Source: Clostridia bacterium (GTDB taxonomy: Bacteria > Bacillota > Clostridia > Monoglobales > Monoglobaceae). Taken from it: DNA of 64,000 nucleotides. Shown one piece after another: positions 10,089-21,058 of the stretch. Under the pieces are notes generated by a model. The model had not been told where the DNA came from and made no database searches. It saw nothing but the letters and a program-made list of their open reading frames with translations. How positions within the stretch are numbered: the first letter of the stretch is position 1; every line of letters starts with the position of its first letter. Made by a program: the position numbers and the translations under genes. The stretch spans positions 51,066-115,065 of the forward strand of contig JAFYXL010000004.1 of the NCBI GenBank assembly GCA_017546165.1, given 5' to 3'.

Positions 10089-11375
10089 TTAACCTTTCAC
10101 CATTTTGCAGATATAAAACCCGCTTTCACCTAAGGACGAAGTTAAAATCTGTTCTTCGTAAACTACTTTAAATTCACTATTATCCTTCAAAAATTCTTTA
10201 ATTCTCAATCGATTTTCTTCCGGCAGAATAGTGCAAGTGCTATAAACTAATGTGCCCCCCGGTTTTACATATGCTGCCGCATTATCCAATATTTTTTCTT
10301 GAATTTTACAAAGCTCAACTATATCCTCTTTAGTTCTTGTCCACTTTATATCAGGTTTTTTATGTATCACCCCAAGACCCGAGCAAGGTACATCTGCCAA
10401 AATATAGTCTGCCTTTTGTATTAATTCCTCGTTTAAAACTGTGGAATCCATAACCTTTGCATCAATAATATCAATTCCAAGTCTCAGGGCGGCTTTTTTT
10501 ATAAGTTCTACCTTGTGAGAAAATATGTCAAAAGAAAGAATTTTGCCTCTATTTTCCATTTTTTCAGCAATAGCGCAGCTTTTACCACCGGGAGCGGCAC
10601 ACATATCTATCACAAAGCTTGATGGTTGTGGAGCAAGAACCTCTACCGCCTTTTGCGATGAAAAATTCTGCAGTGAATAAAAGCCATTTTTATAAGCCTC
10701 TGAACTTCCAACGTTCAATTTTCCCCTCACAATCAATGTGTTTTTCAAACCATCAACTGTTTCACATTCAAGGCCTTCATTTTTAAGAACTTCCATCAGC
10801 TCTCCGGCATTTGTTTTTAAGGAATTTACTCTTATGGTTGTGCTGTGCGCCTTTCTGTTTTCTTCAAAGAGTTCCTGACATTTTTCCTCACCGTATTCTG
10901 AAATAATTTTTTCAGTAATCCATTCCGGATATGAATATTCCAAAGATAAATCCTTTACTTTGTCACCACTTTTAGGAAATTCAAAATTTTCAGAGGCCCT
11001 TGCGGCCGATCTCAAAACTCCATTCACAAAACCGGCCCCTGCACCGTGAGAATACTTTTTTGCCAAAGTAACCGCCTCATTGCAGGCAGCGCTATGGGGT
11101 ATTTTGTCCATATAATAAATTTGATAGATGCCCATTCTCAATATGCCAAGTACCCAAGGAGTCATTTTTTTTATTTTTATTTTAGAAAACTGCATAATTA
11201 TATAATCAATAGCACTTTTATTTGATACAACACCATATATAATCTCCGTTACCAGGCCTTTATCCTGAACAGGAAGCTCGCCCTTTGACAGTGCCTCTTT
11301 GAGTGCCACATTGATATATGCCCCTGATTTTTCAATACTATAAAGTGCCTTAAGGGCAACTTCTCTTGCAGTCAT
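10089..11375 (-). CDS. rsmB: 16S rRNA m5C967 methyltransferase
   Basis: NusB-like N-terminal domain, DMCAAPGGKS SAM motif, DVPCSG and YSTCT catalytic Cys motifs. Start uncertain: ATG 11375 or GTG 11393. Confidence 0.9.
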   Translation of the reverse strand: MTAREVALKALYSIEKSGAYINVALKEALSKGELPVQDKGLVTEIIYGVVSNKSAIDYIIMQFSKIKIKKMTPWVLGILRMGIYQIYYMDKIPHSAACNEAVTLAKKYSHGAGAGFVNGVLRSAARASENFEFPKSGDKVKDLSLEYSYPEWITEKIISEYGEEKCQELFEENRKAHSTTIRVNSLKTNAGELMEVLKNEGLECETVDGLKNTLIVRGKLNVGSSEAYKNGFYSLQNFSSQKAVEVLAPQPSSFVIDMCAAPGGKSCAIAEKMENRGKILSFDIFSHKVELIKKAALRLGIDIIDAKVMDSTVLNEELIQKADYILADVPCSGLGVIHKKPDIKWTRTKEDIVELCKIQEKILDNAAAYVKPGGTLVYSTCTILPEENRLRIKEFLKDNSEFKVVYEEQILTSSLGESGFYICKMVKG

Positions 11376-11406
11376 AATAATCGAAATCCCCACTTTTTAA
11401 TACATT

Positions 11407-12117
11407 TTAATCTCTGTTTCTGCCCATACCAACTATAGAAAGCAGTCTTAAAAGGTTTGCAATTGCAACTGCCGCCGACGCAACATATGTCATTGCCGCG
11501 GCACTTAAAACTTTTTTGGATGCAGCAAGCTCTTCATTATCCAAAATGGCATTATTTCCAAGAGTACTTATGGCTCTGTTTGAGGCATTAAACTCAACAG
11601 GCAAGGTAATCAACTGAAAAAGTACCACCAAACCAAATAAAATCACCCCAAAACTTGCAAGACCTGAAAAACTAAAAAGTATTCCAAAAATAGCCAATGG
11701 CCAGGCTGCATAAGAAGCAATCTGGACAACAGGTACTATTGAATTACGAATTTTTATGGGTGTATAGCCTTCTGCGTGCTGAATAGCGTGACCAACCTCA
11801 TGTGCCGCAACACCAATTGCCGCAACTGAGGTGCTTGAATATGTGGAGTCTGAAAGTCTGACAACATTCTTTTTGGGATCATAATGATCAGTAAGATTTC
11901 CACCCACACGTTCCACAATTACATCTCTCAAACCATTCATATCAAGTATGCGACGTGCAATTTCAGCACCGGTATATCCGTGCTTGTTTCCCACAGTGCT
12001 ATACTTGTTGAATGTAGTATTTACCTTTGACTGCGCATACATTGCAAAGATCAAAGCAGGCATAACAAGTATAATATATGTTATATCTATGCCGTAAAAA
12101 TATCCAAGTCCAAACAT
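11407..12117 (-). CDS. membrane zinc metallopeptidase (YugP / Zn_peptidase_2-like)
   Basis: HEVGHAIQH motif flanked by TM segments, ~236 aa. Confidence 0.8.
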   Translation of the reverse strand: MFGLGYFYGIDITYIILVMPALIFAMYAQSKVNTTFNKYSTVGNKHGYTGAEIARRILDMNGLRDVIVERVGGNLTDHYDPKKNVVRLSDSTYSSTSVAAIGVAAHEVGHAIQHAEGYTPIKIRNSIVPVVQIASYAAWPLAIFGILFSFSGLASFGVILFGLVVLFQLITLPVEFNASNRAISTLGNNAILDNEELAASKKVLSAAAMTYVASAAVAIANLLRLLSIVGMGRNRD

Positions 12118-12147
12118 AATAACTAACCACCTTTTTAAAGCTTTGGG

Positions 12148-13077
12148 CTACTTCAAAACTTCACCGTTGTCAATTGTATGACCATTGAGATAATCTCTTA
12201 CCTGCATACGTTTTGACCCGAGAAATTGAACCTCTGATGCAATAATTGAACATCCGTCGCCACAAAGTATTTCAATTCCATTTTCATCGGCCTTTAAAAT
12301 CTCGCCTGTGCGACCTTTTGCATTGCGTCCAATTTCTGCCTTGTAAATTTTCATAGTTTCGCCTTTATATAAAGTGTGCGCAATTGGCCAGGGATTCATT
12401 CCACGAATCAAATTTAAAACAACCTTTGCGGATCTTGACCAATCAATCTTTGCGGTATCCTTGTTGAGCATTGGCGCATAACAGGACTCCTCATCGCACT
12501 GTTTTTCAGGGTTAAGCTCGCCTTTTTCGGCTTGAATTATGGTTTCAATCAAAAGGTCCGCTCCCATAACCATAAGTCGGTCATGAAGTTCTCCTGCTGT
12601 TTCATATTCACCGATTTCCGTTTCTACTTTCAGCAACATATCCCCTGTGTCAAGGCCTTTTTCCATGAGCATTGATGTGATACCCGTCTTTTTTTCTCCA
12701 TTTATAACTGCCCATTGTATTGGGCCTGCACCTCTGTATTTAGGTAGCAATGATGCGTGCATATTTACGCAGCCATACTTTGGGAAGTTCAAAACGTATT
12801 CAGGCAAAATTCTACCATATGCCACAACAACTATCATTTCGGGATTCAAACGTTCAAGCTCATCTTTAAATGCAAAATCTCTCAATGTTTCAGGCTGAAA
12901 AACCTCTATACCATTTTCCTGGGCTAAAACCTTTACCGGAGGAGGCGTCAACTTATGACCTCTTCCTGCAGGCTTATCCGGTTGTGTCACAACACCACAT
13001 ACCTGATGTCCGTTTTTTATAAGTGCCTCAAGACAAGGCACTGCAAATTCGGGAGTTCCCATAAAAAGAATTCTCAA
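12148..13077 (-). CDS. fmt: methionyl-tRNA formyltransferase
   Basis: MRILFMGTPEFAV and HASLLPKYRGAGPIQWA motifs; lies downstream of def. Confidence 0.95.
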   Translation of the reverse strand: MRILFMGTPEFAVPCLEALIKNGHQVCGVVTQPDKPAGRGHKLTPPPVKVLAQENGIEVFQPETLRDFAFKDELERLNPEMIVVVAYGRILPEYVLNFPKYGCVNMHASLLPKYRGAGPIQWAVINGEKKTGITSMLMEKGLDTGDMLLKVETEIGEYETAGELHDRLMVMGADLLIETIIQAEKGELNPEKQCDEESCYAPMLNKDTAKIDWSRSAKVVLNLIRGMNPWPIAHTLYKGETMKIYKAEIGRNAKGRTGEILKADENGIEILCGDGCSIIASEVQFLGSKRMQVRDYLNGHTIDNGEVLK

Positions 13078-13098
13078 CTTTGTTACTCCTCTCTAGCT

Positions 13099-13560
13099 TT
13101 AATCCTGTCCAGCTTCAAGCCACTCATCAACCATCCGCATAAACATATTTCCATCCAGATGGTCTGTTTCGTGACAAAACGCACGGGCAAGCAGTTCCTC
13201 ACCCTCATATTCGTGCCATTCACCATATCTGTCCTGAGCTTTTACCTTCACCTTGTTTGGTCTTTTCACCATACCAAACTGTCCCGGATAGCTCAAACAT
13301 CCCTCTGCACCATATTGTTCACCTGATGTTTCAACAATTTCAGGATTTACAAGTTCATACGGTTCATCATCAAGATCAATAACCGCAACTCGTTTAAGAA
13401 CACCTACCTGGGGAGCAGCAAGTCCTACACCGCCTGAGTCATAAAGTGTGTCAAACAGGTCATCAATCAGGCTTGCCAGTCTGTCATCAAAAACCTCTAT
13501 CTTTCTGCACTTTTTTGTCAGGACATCGTCCCCGTATTTTACTATATTTCTTATTGCCAT
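13099..13560 (-). CDS. def: peptide deformylase
   Basis: GVGLAAPQVG, EGCLS and HETDHL motifs. Confidence 0.95.
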   Translation of the reverse strand: MAIRNIVKYGDDVLTKKCRKIEVFDDRLASLIDDLFDTLYDSGGVGLAAPQVGVLKRVAVIDLDDEPYELVNPEIVETSGEQYGAEGCLSYPGQFGMVKRPNKVKVKAQDRYGEWHEYEGEELLARAFCHETDHLDGNMFMRMVDEWLEAGQD

Positions 13561-13587
13561 TTTATTCCCAACCTTATCGTATTGTAT

Positions 13588-15825
13588 TTAAAACATATTT
13601 ACAGGATTTGTGTCTATACTGAGAAAAACTTTTTTCCGTGATTTTTCGTGATTTTCATAAATGCTCGTTAAAAGTTCCTGGACATTATCCTGTGACTTGC
13701 ATTTAAGCAAAATTCTGTATCTGTAATTATTACGTATTTTTTCAATAGGAGCAGGGCCTGGCCCCAAAACCGAAAGTATGTTGTTATTGCTTTGCACATA
13801 CCGTTTGATCTCATCCCCTATACCATCGGCACACGCACTTACCTCTGCCTCATCCTCGCCTGTAACCATAATATATATTATGTCACAAAAGGGCGGATAA
13901 TTCAACCTTTTTCTTTGGATTATTTCATTTTCATAAAACGCAGTATAATCGTGATTTTTGGCATATTTTATAGTCGTATTGTAAGGCTGATAAGTCTGTA
14001 TAATTGCTCTTCCCGCTCTTTCACCTCTACCCGCTCTGCCGCAAACCTGTGTAAAAAGCGAAAAACTTCGCTCATTTGCTCTGAAATCGTCAACCGCAAG
14101 GGAGGTGTCTGCAGCTAAAACCCCCACAAGTGTCACTTCGTGAAAATCAAGTCCTTTTGTTACCATTTGAGTCCCGAGCAAGATGTCCTCACCTTTTTTG
14201 CGGAATTCATCGAGTATTTTCTCGTGCCCACCTTTTTTAGATGTTGTATCTGCATCCATCCTGAGCACTCCGGCACCAGGGAAAAGACGTTTCAATTCCT
14301 CTTCAATCTTTTGAGTTCCTGTGCCAAAATATTTCACATATTTTGAACCACAGGCAGGACATTCAGTAACATTTTGTATGGTATATCCGCAATAATGACA
14401 GGATAGTGAATCCTTTTTCTTGTGATAGGTCATCGCAATACTACATTCCGGACAATTTATAACCTCACCACATTCACGGCAGGATACAAAAGTTGAATAT
14501 CCCCGACGGTTTAAAAACAGGATTGTTTTTTCACCTCTGTCCAGATTCTTTTGAATTTCAGACTGCAGTTTGAGACTGAGGGGTGACCTGTTTTTATTTT
14601 CAAAAAGTTCACCACGCATATCAACGATATCCACCTGGGGCATCGCACTTTCATTATAACGTTTTGTCATCTCAAAAAGGGTGTATTCACCGTTTTTGGC
14701 TTTATAGTACTCAGTAACTGAAGGTGTAGCAGATGCCAAAAGTAGTATTGCATTTTCATCGTCTGCAATTTTTTCAGCCACATCTATTGCGTGGTACCTT
14801 GGCGCTGTTTCGGACTTATAGCTGTTTTCGTGTTCCTCGTCAAGGATTATTATTCCTATATTCCCCATAGGAGAAAATATAGCAGACCTTGCCCCAACAA
14901 CCACCCGGACCTCACCTTTTTTTATCTTGTTCCACTGGTCAAATCTTTCTCCTGTTGACAATGCACTGTGTATCACGGCAACACGGTTTCCAAACCGACC
15001 TACGAATCTTTGTACCATTTGCGGTGTAAGGGAAATTTCAGGTACCAACATTATAGCGTTTTTACCTTTTTCTATCACTCTTTCAATCGCCTGAAGAAAA
15101 ACCTCCGTCTTGCCACTGCCTGTAACACCACGAAGCAAAATCCGTTCCTTTTTTTCATTTTCTATTGCATCATAAAGATGTTCAATAATCACCTTTTGTT
15201 CATCGGTGGGTGTGTATGCTGTGGTCTTTTCATACTTTTCTTCATCATAGGCCTTTCTTACAACTTGCTGAATTTCAACTGTTACGTACCCTGATTTTTG
15301 CAATCCCCGAACCGCTTCATAACTACCACCACGTTCCTTAACGAGTTTTGCAAGAGGCATATTGTCATTCATAATGAGTGCCTCAAGTATCCTGGCCCTT
15401 GCGACAGCACCTTTTGCCCTTAATTCCTCCTTGATGGTAAATGCGGTTTCAGTGTCAATAGCAAGGCTAACAAACTTTGCGGTTTTTTCATCAATACCCA
15501 GTGTCATTCCGGGAGGCGTTGCCAGTCTTATTGCCTGATAAAGAGAGCAAAAATATTTTTTGCTTATCCAGAGACAAAGTTTGAGTATTTTTTCAAGGCA
15601 TACAGGCTCATTGCCTAATATCTGCTTGATTGGTTTAAGCTTTTTAAACTCACTTGATTGAGCCAGTTCAACCACAATACCCTCAACGGCATTATTTCGA
15701 AAACCAAATGGAACTTTTACGCGCATACCAACAGAAAGTTTGCTTTGCAAACTTTCTGGTACTTGGTAATCAAATATCTGGTCTATATTTTGCTCTTTAT
15801 TGTTAAGAACTACTTTTGCAATCAT
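13588..15825 (-). CDS. priA: primosomal replication-restart helicase PriA
   Basis: GVTGSGKTEV Walker A, DEEH box and four CxxC zinc-binding pairs (CRECG...CPEC...CHYCG...CPACG). Confidence 0.95.
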   Translation of the reverse strand: MIAKVVLNNKEQNIDQIFDYQVPESLQSKLSVGMRVKVPFGFRNNAVEGIVVELAQSSEFKKLKPIKQILGNEPVCLEKILKLCLWISKKYFCSLYQAIRLATPPGMTLGIDEKTAKFVSLAIDTETAFTIKEELRAKGAVARARILEALIMNDNMPLAKLVKERGGSYEAVRGLQKSGYVTVEIQQVVRKAYDEEKYEKTTAYTPTDEQKVIIEHLYDAIENEKKERILLRGVTGSGKTEVFLQAIERVIEKGKNAIMLVPEISLTPQMVQRFVGRFGNRVAVIHSALSTGERFDQWNKIKKGEVRVVVGARSAIFSPMGNIGIIILDEEHENSYKSETAPRYHAIDVAEKIADDENAILLLASATPSVTEYYKAKNGEYTLFEMTKRYNESAMPQVDIVDMRGELFENKNRSPLSLKLQSEIQKNLDRGEKTILFLNRRGYSTFVSCRECGEVINCPECSIAMTYHKKKDSLSCHYCGYTIQNVTECPACGSKYVKYFGTGTQKIEEELKRLFPGAGVLRMDADTTSKKGGHEKILDEFRKKGEDILLGTQMVTKGLDFHEVTLVGVLAADTSLAVDDFRANERSFSLFTQVCGRAGRGERAGRAIIQTYQPYNTTIKYAKNHDYTAFYENEIIQRKRLNYPPFCDIIYIMVTGEDEAEVSACADGIGDEIKRYVQSNNNILSVLGPGPAPIEKIRNNYRYRILLKCKSQDNVQELLTSIYENHEKSRKKVFLSIDTNPVNMF

Positions 15826-17030
15826 ATCTCTTTTACTTTATCCAAAATTATATTTGCTATTTCAAACTTATCTTTTAAATCTGTTTTCTGACATTCACCC
15901 GACTTGTCAATAAGGGTAATTATGTTTGTATCTCCCTTAAATCCGGCTCCGTCTTCATTAAGGGAATTTGCCGCAATAAGGTCAAGACCCTTCTTCTTCA
16001 GTTTTTGATAGGCATTTTTCTCCAGATTCTCTGTTTCCATACAAAAACCAACCAGTTTTTTCTTGCCTGAATATTTTTCACCAAGTTCTGCCAGAATATC
16101 AGGATTTGATGCAAGAGAAATACTCTCCATTTTGCCTTTTTTTATTTTGTTTTCAGCAGCAGTTTCAGGTCTGTAATCAGCAACTGCTGCAGCCTTTATT
16201 ATAATATCCGCATCTTCGCTTGCAGTCATTACAGCATCATACATATCCCTGGCTGACTCAACTTTTATGGTATCTATATTCTTAGGAATTTCAGCGGAGC
16301 AATTGCCGCAAACCAACGTAACATCAGCACCACGGTAATATGCAGCACGTGCAATAGCGACCCCCATTTTCCCACTTGAGTGGTTGGTAATATACCTGAC
16401 GGGGTCTATTTTTTCAATGGTTCCGCCTGCGGTCACAACTACCTTTTTACCAATGAAATCTTTTTTAGAAAAGAGTAATACTTGGCAAATTTTTTCATAA
16501 ATATCCTCAACAGACGCAAGTCTTCCTTTGCCCACATCACCACAAGCAAGAATTCCTGATTCAGGTTCAACAAATTCCATACCCAAATCTTTTAGTATTC
16601 TTATATTTTTCTGAACAATCGGATTTTCATACATTGCAGTATTCATTGCCGGGGCAATAATCTTTGGTGCTTTACAAGCCATAAGTGTTGTACTCAGCAT
16701 ATCATCTGCAATCCCTGTGGCAAGCTTGCCGCAAATATTTGCAGTTGCCGGAGCAACCACCGCAACATCCGCCCAGGATGCAAGAGAAATATGCCTTACT
16801 TCCCAAGCCTTTGGTTCTTCAAACATATCCCTTGCGACCATATTTTGTGATATAGTCTGAAAACTAAGGGGAGAAACAAACTCACAAGCCGCCTTAGTCA
16901 TAATAACTTTAACTTCTGCACCACTTTTCTTAAGAAGTGAAATAATTTCAAGGGCTTTGTAAGCCGCAATGCCACCCGAAACACCAAAAAGTATTTTCTT
17001 TCCTGAAATATCAAATCTCATTTCAATCAC
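15822..17030 (-). CDS. coaBC: bifunctional phosphopantothenoylcysteine decarboxylase / phosphopantothenate-cysteine ligase
   Basis: N-terminal flavoprotein domain (GVSGGIAAYK) plus a C-terminal CoaB domain. Overlaps the priA start by 4 nt. Confidence 0.93.
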   Translation of the reverse strand: MIEMRFDISGKKILFGVSGGIAAYKALEIISLLKKSGAEVKVIMTKAACEFVSPLSFQTISQNMVARDMFEEPKAWEVRHISLASWADVAVVAPATANICGKLATGIADDMLSTTLMACKAPKIIAPAMNTAMYENPIVQKNIRILKDLGMEFVEPESGILACGDVGKGRLASVEDIYEKICQVLLFSKKDFIGKKVVVTAGGTIEKIDPVRYITNHSSGKMGVAIARAAYYRGADVTLVCGNCSAEIPKNIDTIKVESARDMYDAVMTASEDADIIIKAAAVADYRPETAAENKIKKGKMESISLASNPDILAELGEKYSGKKKLVGFCMETENLEKNAYQKLKKKGLDLIAANSLNEDGAGFKGDTNIITLIDKSGECQKTDLKDKFEIANIILDKVKEI

Positions 17031-17084
17031 CTACGCTTTTAAAATTAAAGGACTACTTAAAAGCAGTCCCCTATGCGTTTAATA

Positions 17085-17324
17085 TTAAAGTTCTTCTAGA
17101 GCAGCCGTTGTTTCAGCCACCTCTGTTCGTTTTTTTGCAACTGCTTCAACTTTTTCTTCAAAAATCTCATTGACAGCAACGGTAACATCTTTTGAAGTTT
17201 TTACCTCAGAAAGTTTTTGCGCTCCTTCGACCAACTGTCTTGTTCTCTTTGCAGTTTCAATAACCAAGGCATATCTACTACCTGTCTTTTTTACAAGTTC
17301 TGTAATTGGCGGATAAATCATCAT
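17085..17324 (-). CDS. rpoZ: DNA-directed RNA polymerase subunit omega
   Basis: SRYALVIETAKRTRQL motif. Start moved to ATG 17324 (AAAGGAAG RBS). Lies immediately downstream of gmk. Confidence 0.88.
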   Translation of the reverse strand: MMIYPPITELVKKTGSRYALVIETAKRTRQLVEGAQKLSEVKTSKDVTVAVNEIFEEKVEAVAKKRTEVAETTAALEEL

Positions 17325-17325
17325 T

Positions 17326-17895
17326 TTAATCATTCTTCCTTTCATTCTTCATTATATTTTCTATTGCAGAAACCGCTTTATCTAAATCATCGTTTACTAC
17401 AATATGATCATACTTATCTTGTTGTTCAAGTTCCCAACGTGCAGCCTCTACACGCTTTTTTATTTCATCGTCGCTCTCAGTGCCGCGATTTTTAAGTCTT
17501 TGATAAAGAGCTTCTTCATTGGGTGGTGTAATAAAAATTGATACTGCATCAGGTTTAGATTCCATAACTTTCATAGCACCCTGTGCTTCAATTTCAAGAA
17601 TTATATCCTCACCCATTGAAATTTTATTTTCAATAGCATCGGCAGGAGTACCATAGTAATTGCCATTATAAACAGCCCACTCTAAAAACTTGCCCTCATC
17701 TATCATTTTTTTAAACTCATCTATAGTTTTGAAGTAATATGTTACGCCTTCGACATCCTCACTTCTGGGATTTCTGGTCGTAGCAGAAACCGAAACCGAA
17801 ACATTATCAGAATTTCCAATCAATCTGCGACAGATAGTGCCTTTTCCAACGCCTGACGGACCGGAAATAACAAAAAGATTGCCTTTATTCTTCAT
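17326..17895 (-). CDS. gmk: guanylate kinase
   Basis: [10 protein letters not shown]-loop. Start moved to ATG 17895 ([15 protein letters not shown]), which overlaps the remA stop. The longer ORF-track N-terminus overlaps remA and looks spurious. Confidence 0.93.
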   Translation of the reverse strand: MKNKGNLFVISGPSGVGKGTICRRLIGNSDNVSVSVSATTRNPRSEDVEGVTYYFKTIDEFKKMIDEGKFLEWAVYNGNYYGTPADAIENKISMGEDIILEIEAQGAMKVMESKPDAVSIFITPPNEEALYQRLKNRGTESDDEIKKRVEAARWELEQQDKYDHIVVNDDLDKAVSAIENIMKNERKND

Positions 17896-18169
17896 TTTCA
17901 ATTTCTCCATCGTCTTTTGTTTCAGCAATATCTTCCTTGACAGAAGCTCTGCCCGCAATTGTTTCAGTCTGAATAGCAGATAAAATAATATGATCGCTGT
18001 CTGTAATGATAACAGCACGTGTGCGTCTTCCGCAAGAAGCATCAATCAAAAGACCTTTGTCCCTTGCATCTTGAACTATACGTTTGATAGGTGCAGACTC
18101 AGGACTGACGATTGCCACCACACGATCACCTGACACAATATTACCAAAGCCTATGTTTATCAGTTTCAT
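17885..18169 (-). CDS. remA: RemA/DUF370-family regulator
   Basis: [30 protein letters not shown]... is typical of RemA/YlzA. Conserved position between yicC and gmk. Confidence 0.88.
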   Translation of the reverse strand: MKLINIGFGNIVSGDRVVAIVSPESAPIKRIVQDARDKGLLIDASCGRRTRAVIITDSDHIILSAIQTETIAGRASVKEDIAETKDDGEIENEE

Positions 18170-18221
18170 AATTTTTCACCTTTCCTTACGCAAGCATCTT
18201 GGCATCAAGAACCTGGTCAAC

Positions 18222-19097
18222 TTACTCAATGTTTTGAATCTGTTCTCTTATCTTTTCAATTTCAGATTTCATATTGACAATAATTCTTGAAATTTCAACA
18301 TCGTTTGCTTTTGAGCCCATAGTATTAGTCTCTCTATTCATTTCCTGTATCATAAAGTCAAGCTTTTTGCCAATAGGTAAATCTGTGTCTATAGCCTTTT
18401 TAAATTCCTTTATGTGACTTCTAAGCCTTACTGTTTCTTCACCTATATCTGACTTTTCAGCAAAAACGGCCGCCTCTGTAATAACTCTTGTTTCGTCAAC
18501 ATTCTTATCTTCCAAAACCTCTGATATCTTCCGCATAAGACGATTTCTGTACTCCTCCACAATTTGAGGGTACCTCTCTTCAACCTTTGAAAGATTTTCA
18601 GCAAGAATATCTATGTGTGACAATATATCCTGTTCCATATTCTTGCCTTCATTTATACGCATATTAACAAAATCTTCTGCTGCCTCTGAAAATACTTCCA
18701 AAATAAGATTTGAAACATATTCTTCATCGGTTTCATCACTTTCAAGCTTAAATATATCGTGATACTGTGCAATTGTAGAAATCTTAACATCGTCTTTGAG
18801 TCCAAACTTTTTAAGACTCTTTAAAGCATTTACGTAATTTATAGCAACATCCTTATCCAAAACTACAGTTTTGCCGCTGCCCTCAATGCGTTCAAGAGAA
18901 ACATATACCTCAACCTTGCCACGTGAAATATATTTTGCAGCAGCCTGACGTATTTTTTCCTCCATAAATGTGTAATATTTAGGGACTTTTATTGCTATAT
19001 CCATATATCTGTGATTTACTGATTTTAAATTAACCTTTACATTAAAGCCATCAACAGTCTTTTCAGCTCTGCCGAAACCTGTCATACTTTTAAGCAT
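18222..19097 (-). CDS. yicC: YicC/YloC-family stress-induced endoribonuclease
   Basis: MLKSMTGFGRAE N-terminus, C-terminal EMNRETNTMGSKAN motif, 291 aa. Confidence 0.9.
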   Translation of the reverse strand: MLKSMTGFGRAEKTVDGFNVKVNLKSVNHRYMDIAIKVPKYYTFMEEKIRQAAAKYISRGKVEVYVSLERIEGSGKTVVLDKDVAINYVNALKSLKKFGLKDDVKISTIAQYHDIFKLESDETDEEYVSNLILEVFSEAAEDFVNMRINEGKNMEQDILSHIDILAENLSKVEERYPQIVEEYRNRLMRKISEVLEDKNVDETRVITEAAVFAEKSDIGEETVRLRSHIKEFKKAIDTDLPIGKKLDFMIQEMNRETNTMGSKANDVEISRIIVNMKSEIEKIREQIQNIE

Positions 19098-19196
19098 TAC
19101 AATGCCTCCTTAGGCGAAAAATTTCCACAACTCACGCCATTTTAAAAATATACTATTTAAGTATAGCATATATTTTCCAAAAAATCAAATAAATAT

Positions 19197-19225
19197 TTGA
19201 AATTTTTTCACTTTTGTTATATACT
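19197..19225 (+). promoter_or_regulatory. sigma-A-type promoter for rqcH
   Basis: TTGAAA, 17-nt spacer, TATACT, about 40 nt upstream of the AAAGGAG RBS. Confidence 0.5.
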
Positions 19226-19267
19226 AATATGTATCACTTATTTACCATTCAAAAAGGAGCTTAATCT

Positions 19268-21034
19268 ATGGCATTTGACGGATTTGTAACCCACGGAATA
19301 GTATCTGAACTTTGTGATAAAATTCTGGGTGGTAAAATTGACAAAATACATCAACCTGAAAAGGATGAAATTATCCTTGCCGTCCGCACACGGGAAGGTC
19401 TTTTTCGTGTTGTACTTTCAGCAGCCACATCCAATCCGCGTATTCATCTGACTGAAATAAATCGCCAGAATCCCATTACTGCACCTCTTTTTTGTATGCT
19501 GATGCGAAAACACCTGACCGGCGGCAAAATTATTGCAATATCTCAATCCGGCTTTGACCGTGTTGTAAAAATTGATATTGAATGTTACACCGAAATGGGT
19601 GATTTGACTCAAAAGAGTTTGATTATTGAAGTTATGGGCAGACACAGCAACATAATCCTTACCCAAAATGACAACAAAATAATTGACAGTATCAAGCACA
19701 TTGACTTTACTACAAGTGCAGTTCGGCAGATCCTGCCGGGGCTTTTTTACGAACTTCCTCCCGCACAGGATAAAACTAATCCTCAGGAGCTAAATAAAAA
19801 TAAATTTTTGAAAAAACTTGAGAGTTTGCCCAAAGACACTCCTCTTGACAAATTTCTTATTTCAGAATTTGTTGGTATGAGTCCTCTTTTGGCACGTGAA
19901 ATTGTATTTCGCAAAACCGGCAATACAAAATCTTTTATAAGTGATATTGATATGTCTGCATTTGCGCAGCACACCATTTCATTTATTGAAAATTTCTTAA
20001 ATAATACCTGCGGTGGACAAGTTATATTGGACCCAAAATCCGAAAAACCTATTGCTTTTTCCTGTACTTCTCTTGCCCAATACCAGGGATTGGGCAAGTT
20101 TAAGAATTGTGAATCCTTGAGCCAGGCTGTTGAAACATTTTTTGCTATAAGAGATATGCACGATAGATTGACCCAAAAATCTGCAGGAACAATCAAGCTT
20201 ATAAACAATAACATCGAAAGATGCGATAAAAAAATCTCACTGCATACCGAAAATATCCGCAAAGCCAAGAATCGTGACAAATACAAGGTATTTGGTGACC
20301 TACTTACCGCAAATCTTTACCGAATTGAACCAAACAGTAATTTTGTTGAGGTGGAAAATTACTATTCAGACACCCTGGAAACTGTTAAAATACCATTAAT
20401 GCCCGAACTTTCACCTTCCAAAAACGCACAACGCTACTATAAGCTCTATTCAAAAGCAAAAGCAACAGAAGAACATTCAAAGGTTCAACTTGAAAAATCC
20501 GAAACCGAGAAGGCATATCTTGAAACCGTGCTTGACTCAGTAAACCGAGCGTCAAGCTACACAGATATTTCAGAAATCCGCGAGGAACTTGCGGAACAAG
20601 GTTATATCTCCATTAATAATTCAAAAAAGAAACAAAAGAATAAACAAAAAAAATCCGCACCTATTGAATTTGTTTCTTCAGACGGATATACAATTTTGGT
20701 AGGCAGAAACAACAAACAAAATGACGAATTGACTATAAAATCCTCATACTCAACAGATATGTGGCTACACACAAAAAACATACCCGGCTCTCACGTGATT
20801 ATCCGAACTGGTGGAAGCGGTGAAGTCCCAGACAATACCCTTGTCGAGGCTGCAACAATTGCCGCTTACTACAGCAAGGCACAAAAAACCGTAAATGTGC
20901 CGGTTGACTATACTCTGGTAAAAAATATACGCAAACCAAACGGTTCAAAACCCGGATTTGTAATTTACGAAACAAACTATACTGTATATGTTACACCTGA
21001 TGAAAAATTGGTTGAGACATTAAAAAAATGCTGA
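19268..21034 (+). CDS. rqcH: ribosome quality-control protein RqcH (NFACT / FbpA family)
   Basis: MAFDGFVTH N-terminus, coiled-coil middle region and a C-terminal NFACT-R domain (WLHTKNIPGSHVII). Confidence 0.9.
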   Translation: MAFDGFVTHGIVSELCDKILGGKIDKIHQPEKDEIILAVRTREGLFRVVLSAATSNPRIHLTEINRQNPITAPLFCMLMRKHLTGGKIIAISQSGFDRVVKIDIECYTEMGDLTQKSLIIEVMGRHSNIILTQNDNKIIDSIKHIDFTTSAVRQILPGLFYELPPAQDKTNPQELNKNKFLKKLESLPKDTPLDKFLISEFVGMSPLLAREIVFRKTGNTKSFISDIDMSAFAQHTISFIENFLNNTCGGQVILDPKSEKPIAFSCTSLAQYQGLGKFKNCESLSQAVETFFAIRDMHDRLTQKSAGTIKLINNNIERCDKKISLHTENIRKAKNRDKYKVFGDLLTANLYRIEPNSNFVEVENYYSDTLETVKIPLMPELSPSKNAQRYYKLYSKAKATEEHSKVQLEKSETEKAYLETVLDSVNRASSYTDISEIREELAEQGYISINNSKKKQKNKQKKSAPIEFVSSDGYTILVGRNNKQNDELTIKSSYSTDMWLHTKNIPGSHVIIRTGGSGEVPDNTLVEAATIAAYYSKAQKTVNVPVDYTLVKNIRKPNGSKPGFVIYETNYTVYVTPDEKLVETLKKC

Positions 21035-21055
21035 TGCATATGCATCAGCATTTTT
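21023..21055. terminator. bidirectional rho-independent terminator
   Basis: AAAAAA-ATGCTGATGCA-ta-TGCATCAGCAT-TTTTT: perfect 11-bp stem between convergent genes, overlapping the rqcH stop. Confidence 0.8.
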
Positions 21056-21058
21056 ATT

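Noticed and set aside
17326-18045. Long 239-aa version of gmk overlapping remA
   Set aside because: The extra 50 N-terminal residues overlap the conserved remA frame and lack similarity to guanylate kinases. The ATG at 17895 directly precedes the P-loop and overlaps the remA stop, which is typical coupling.
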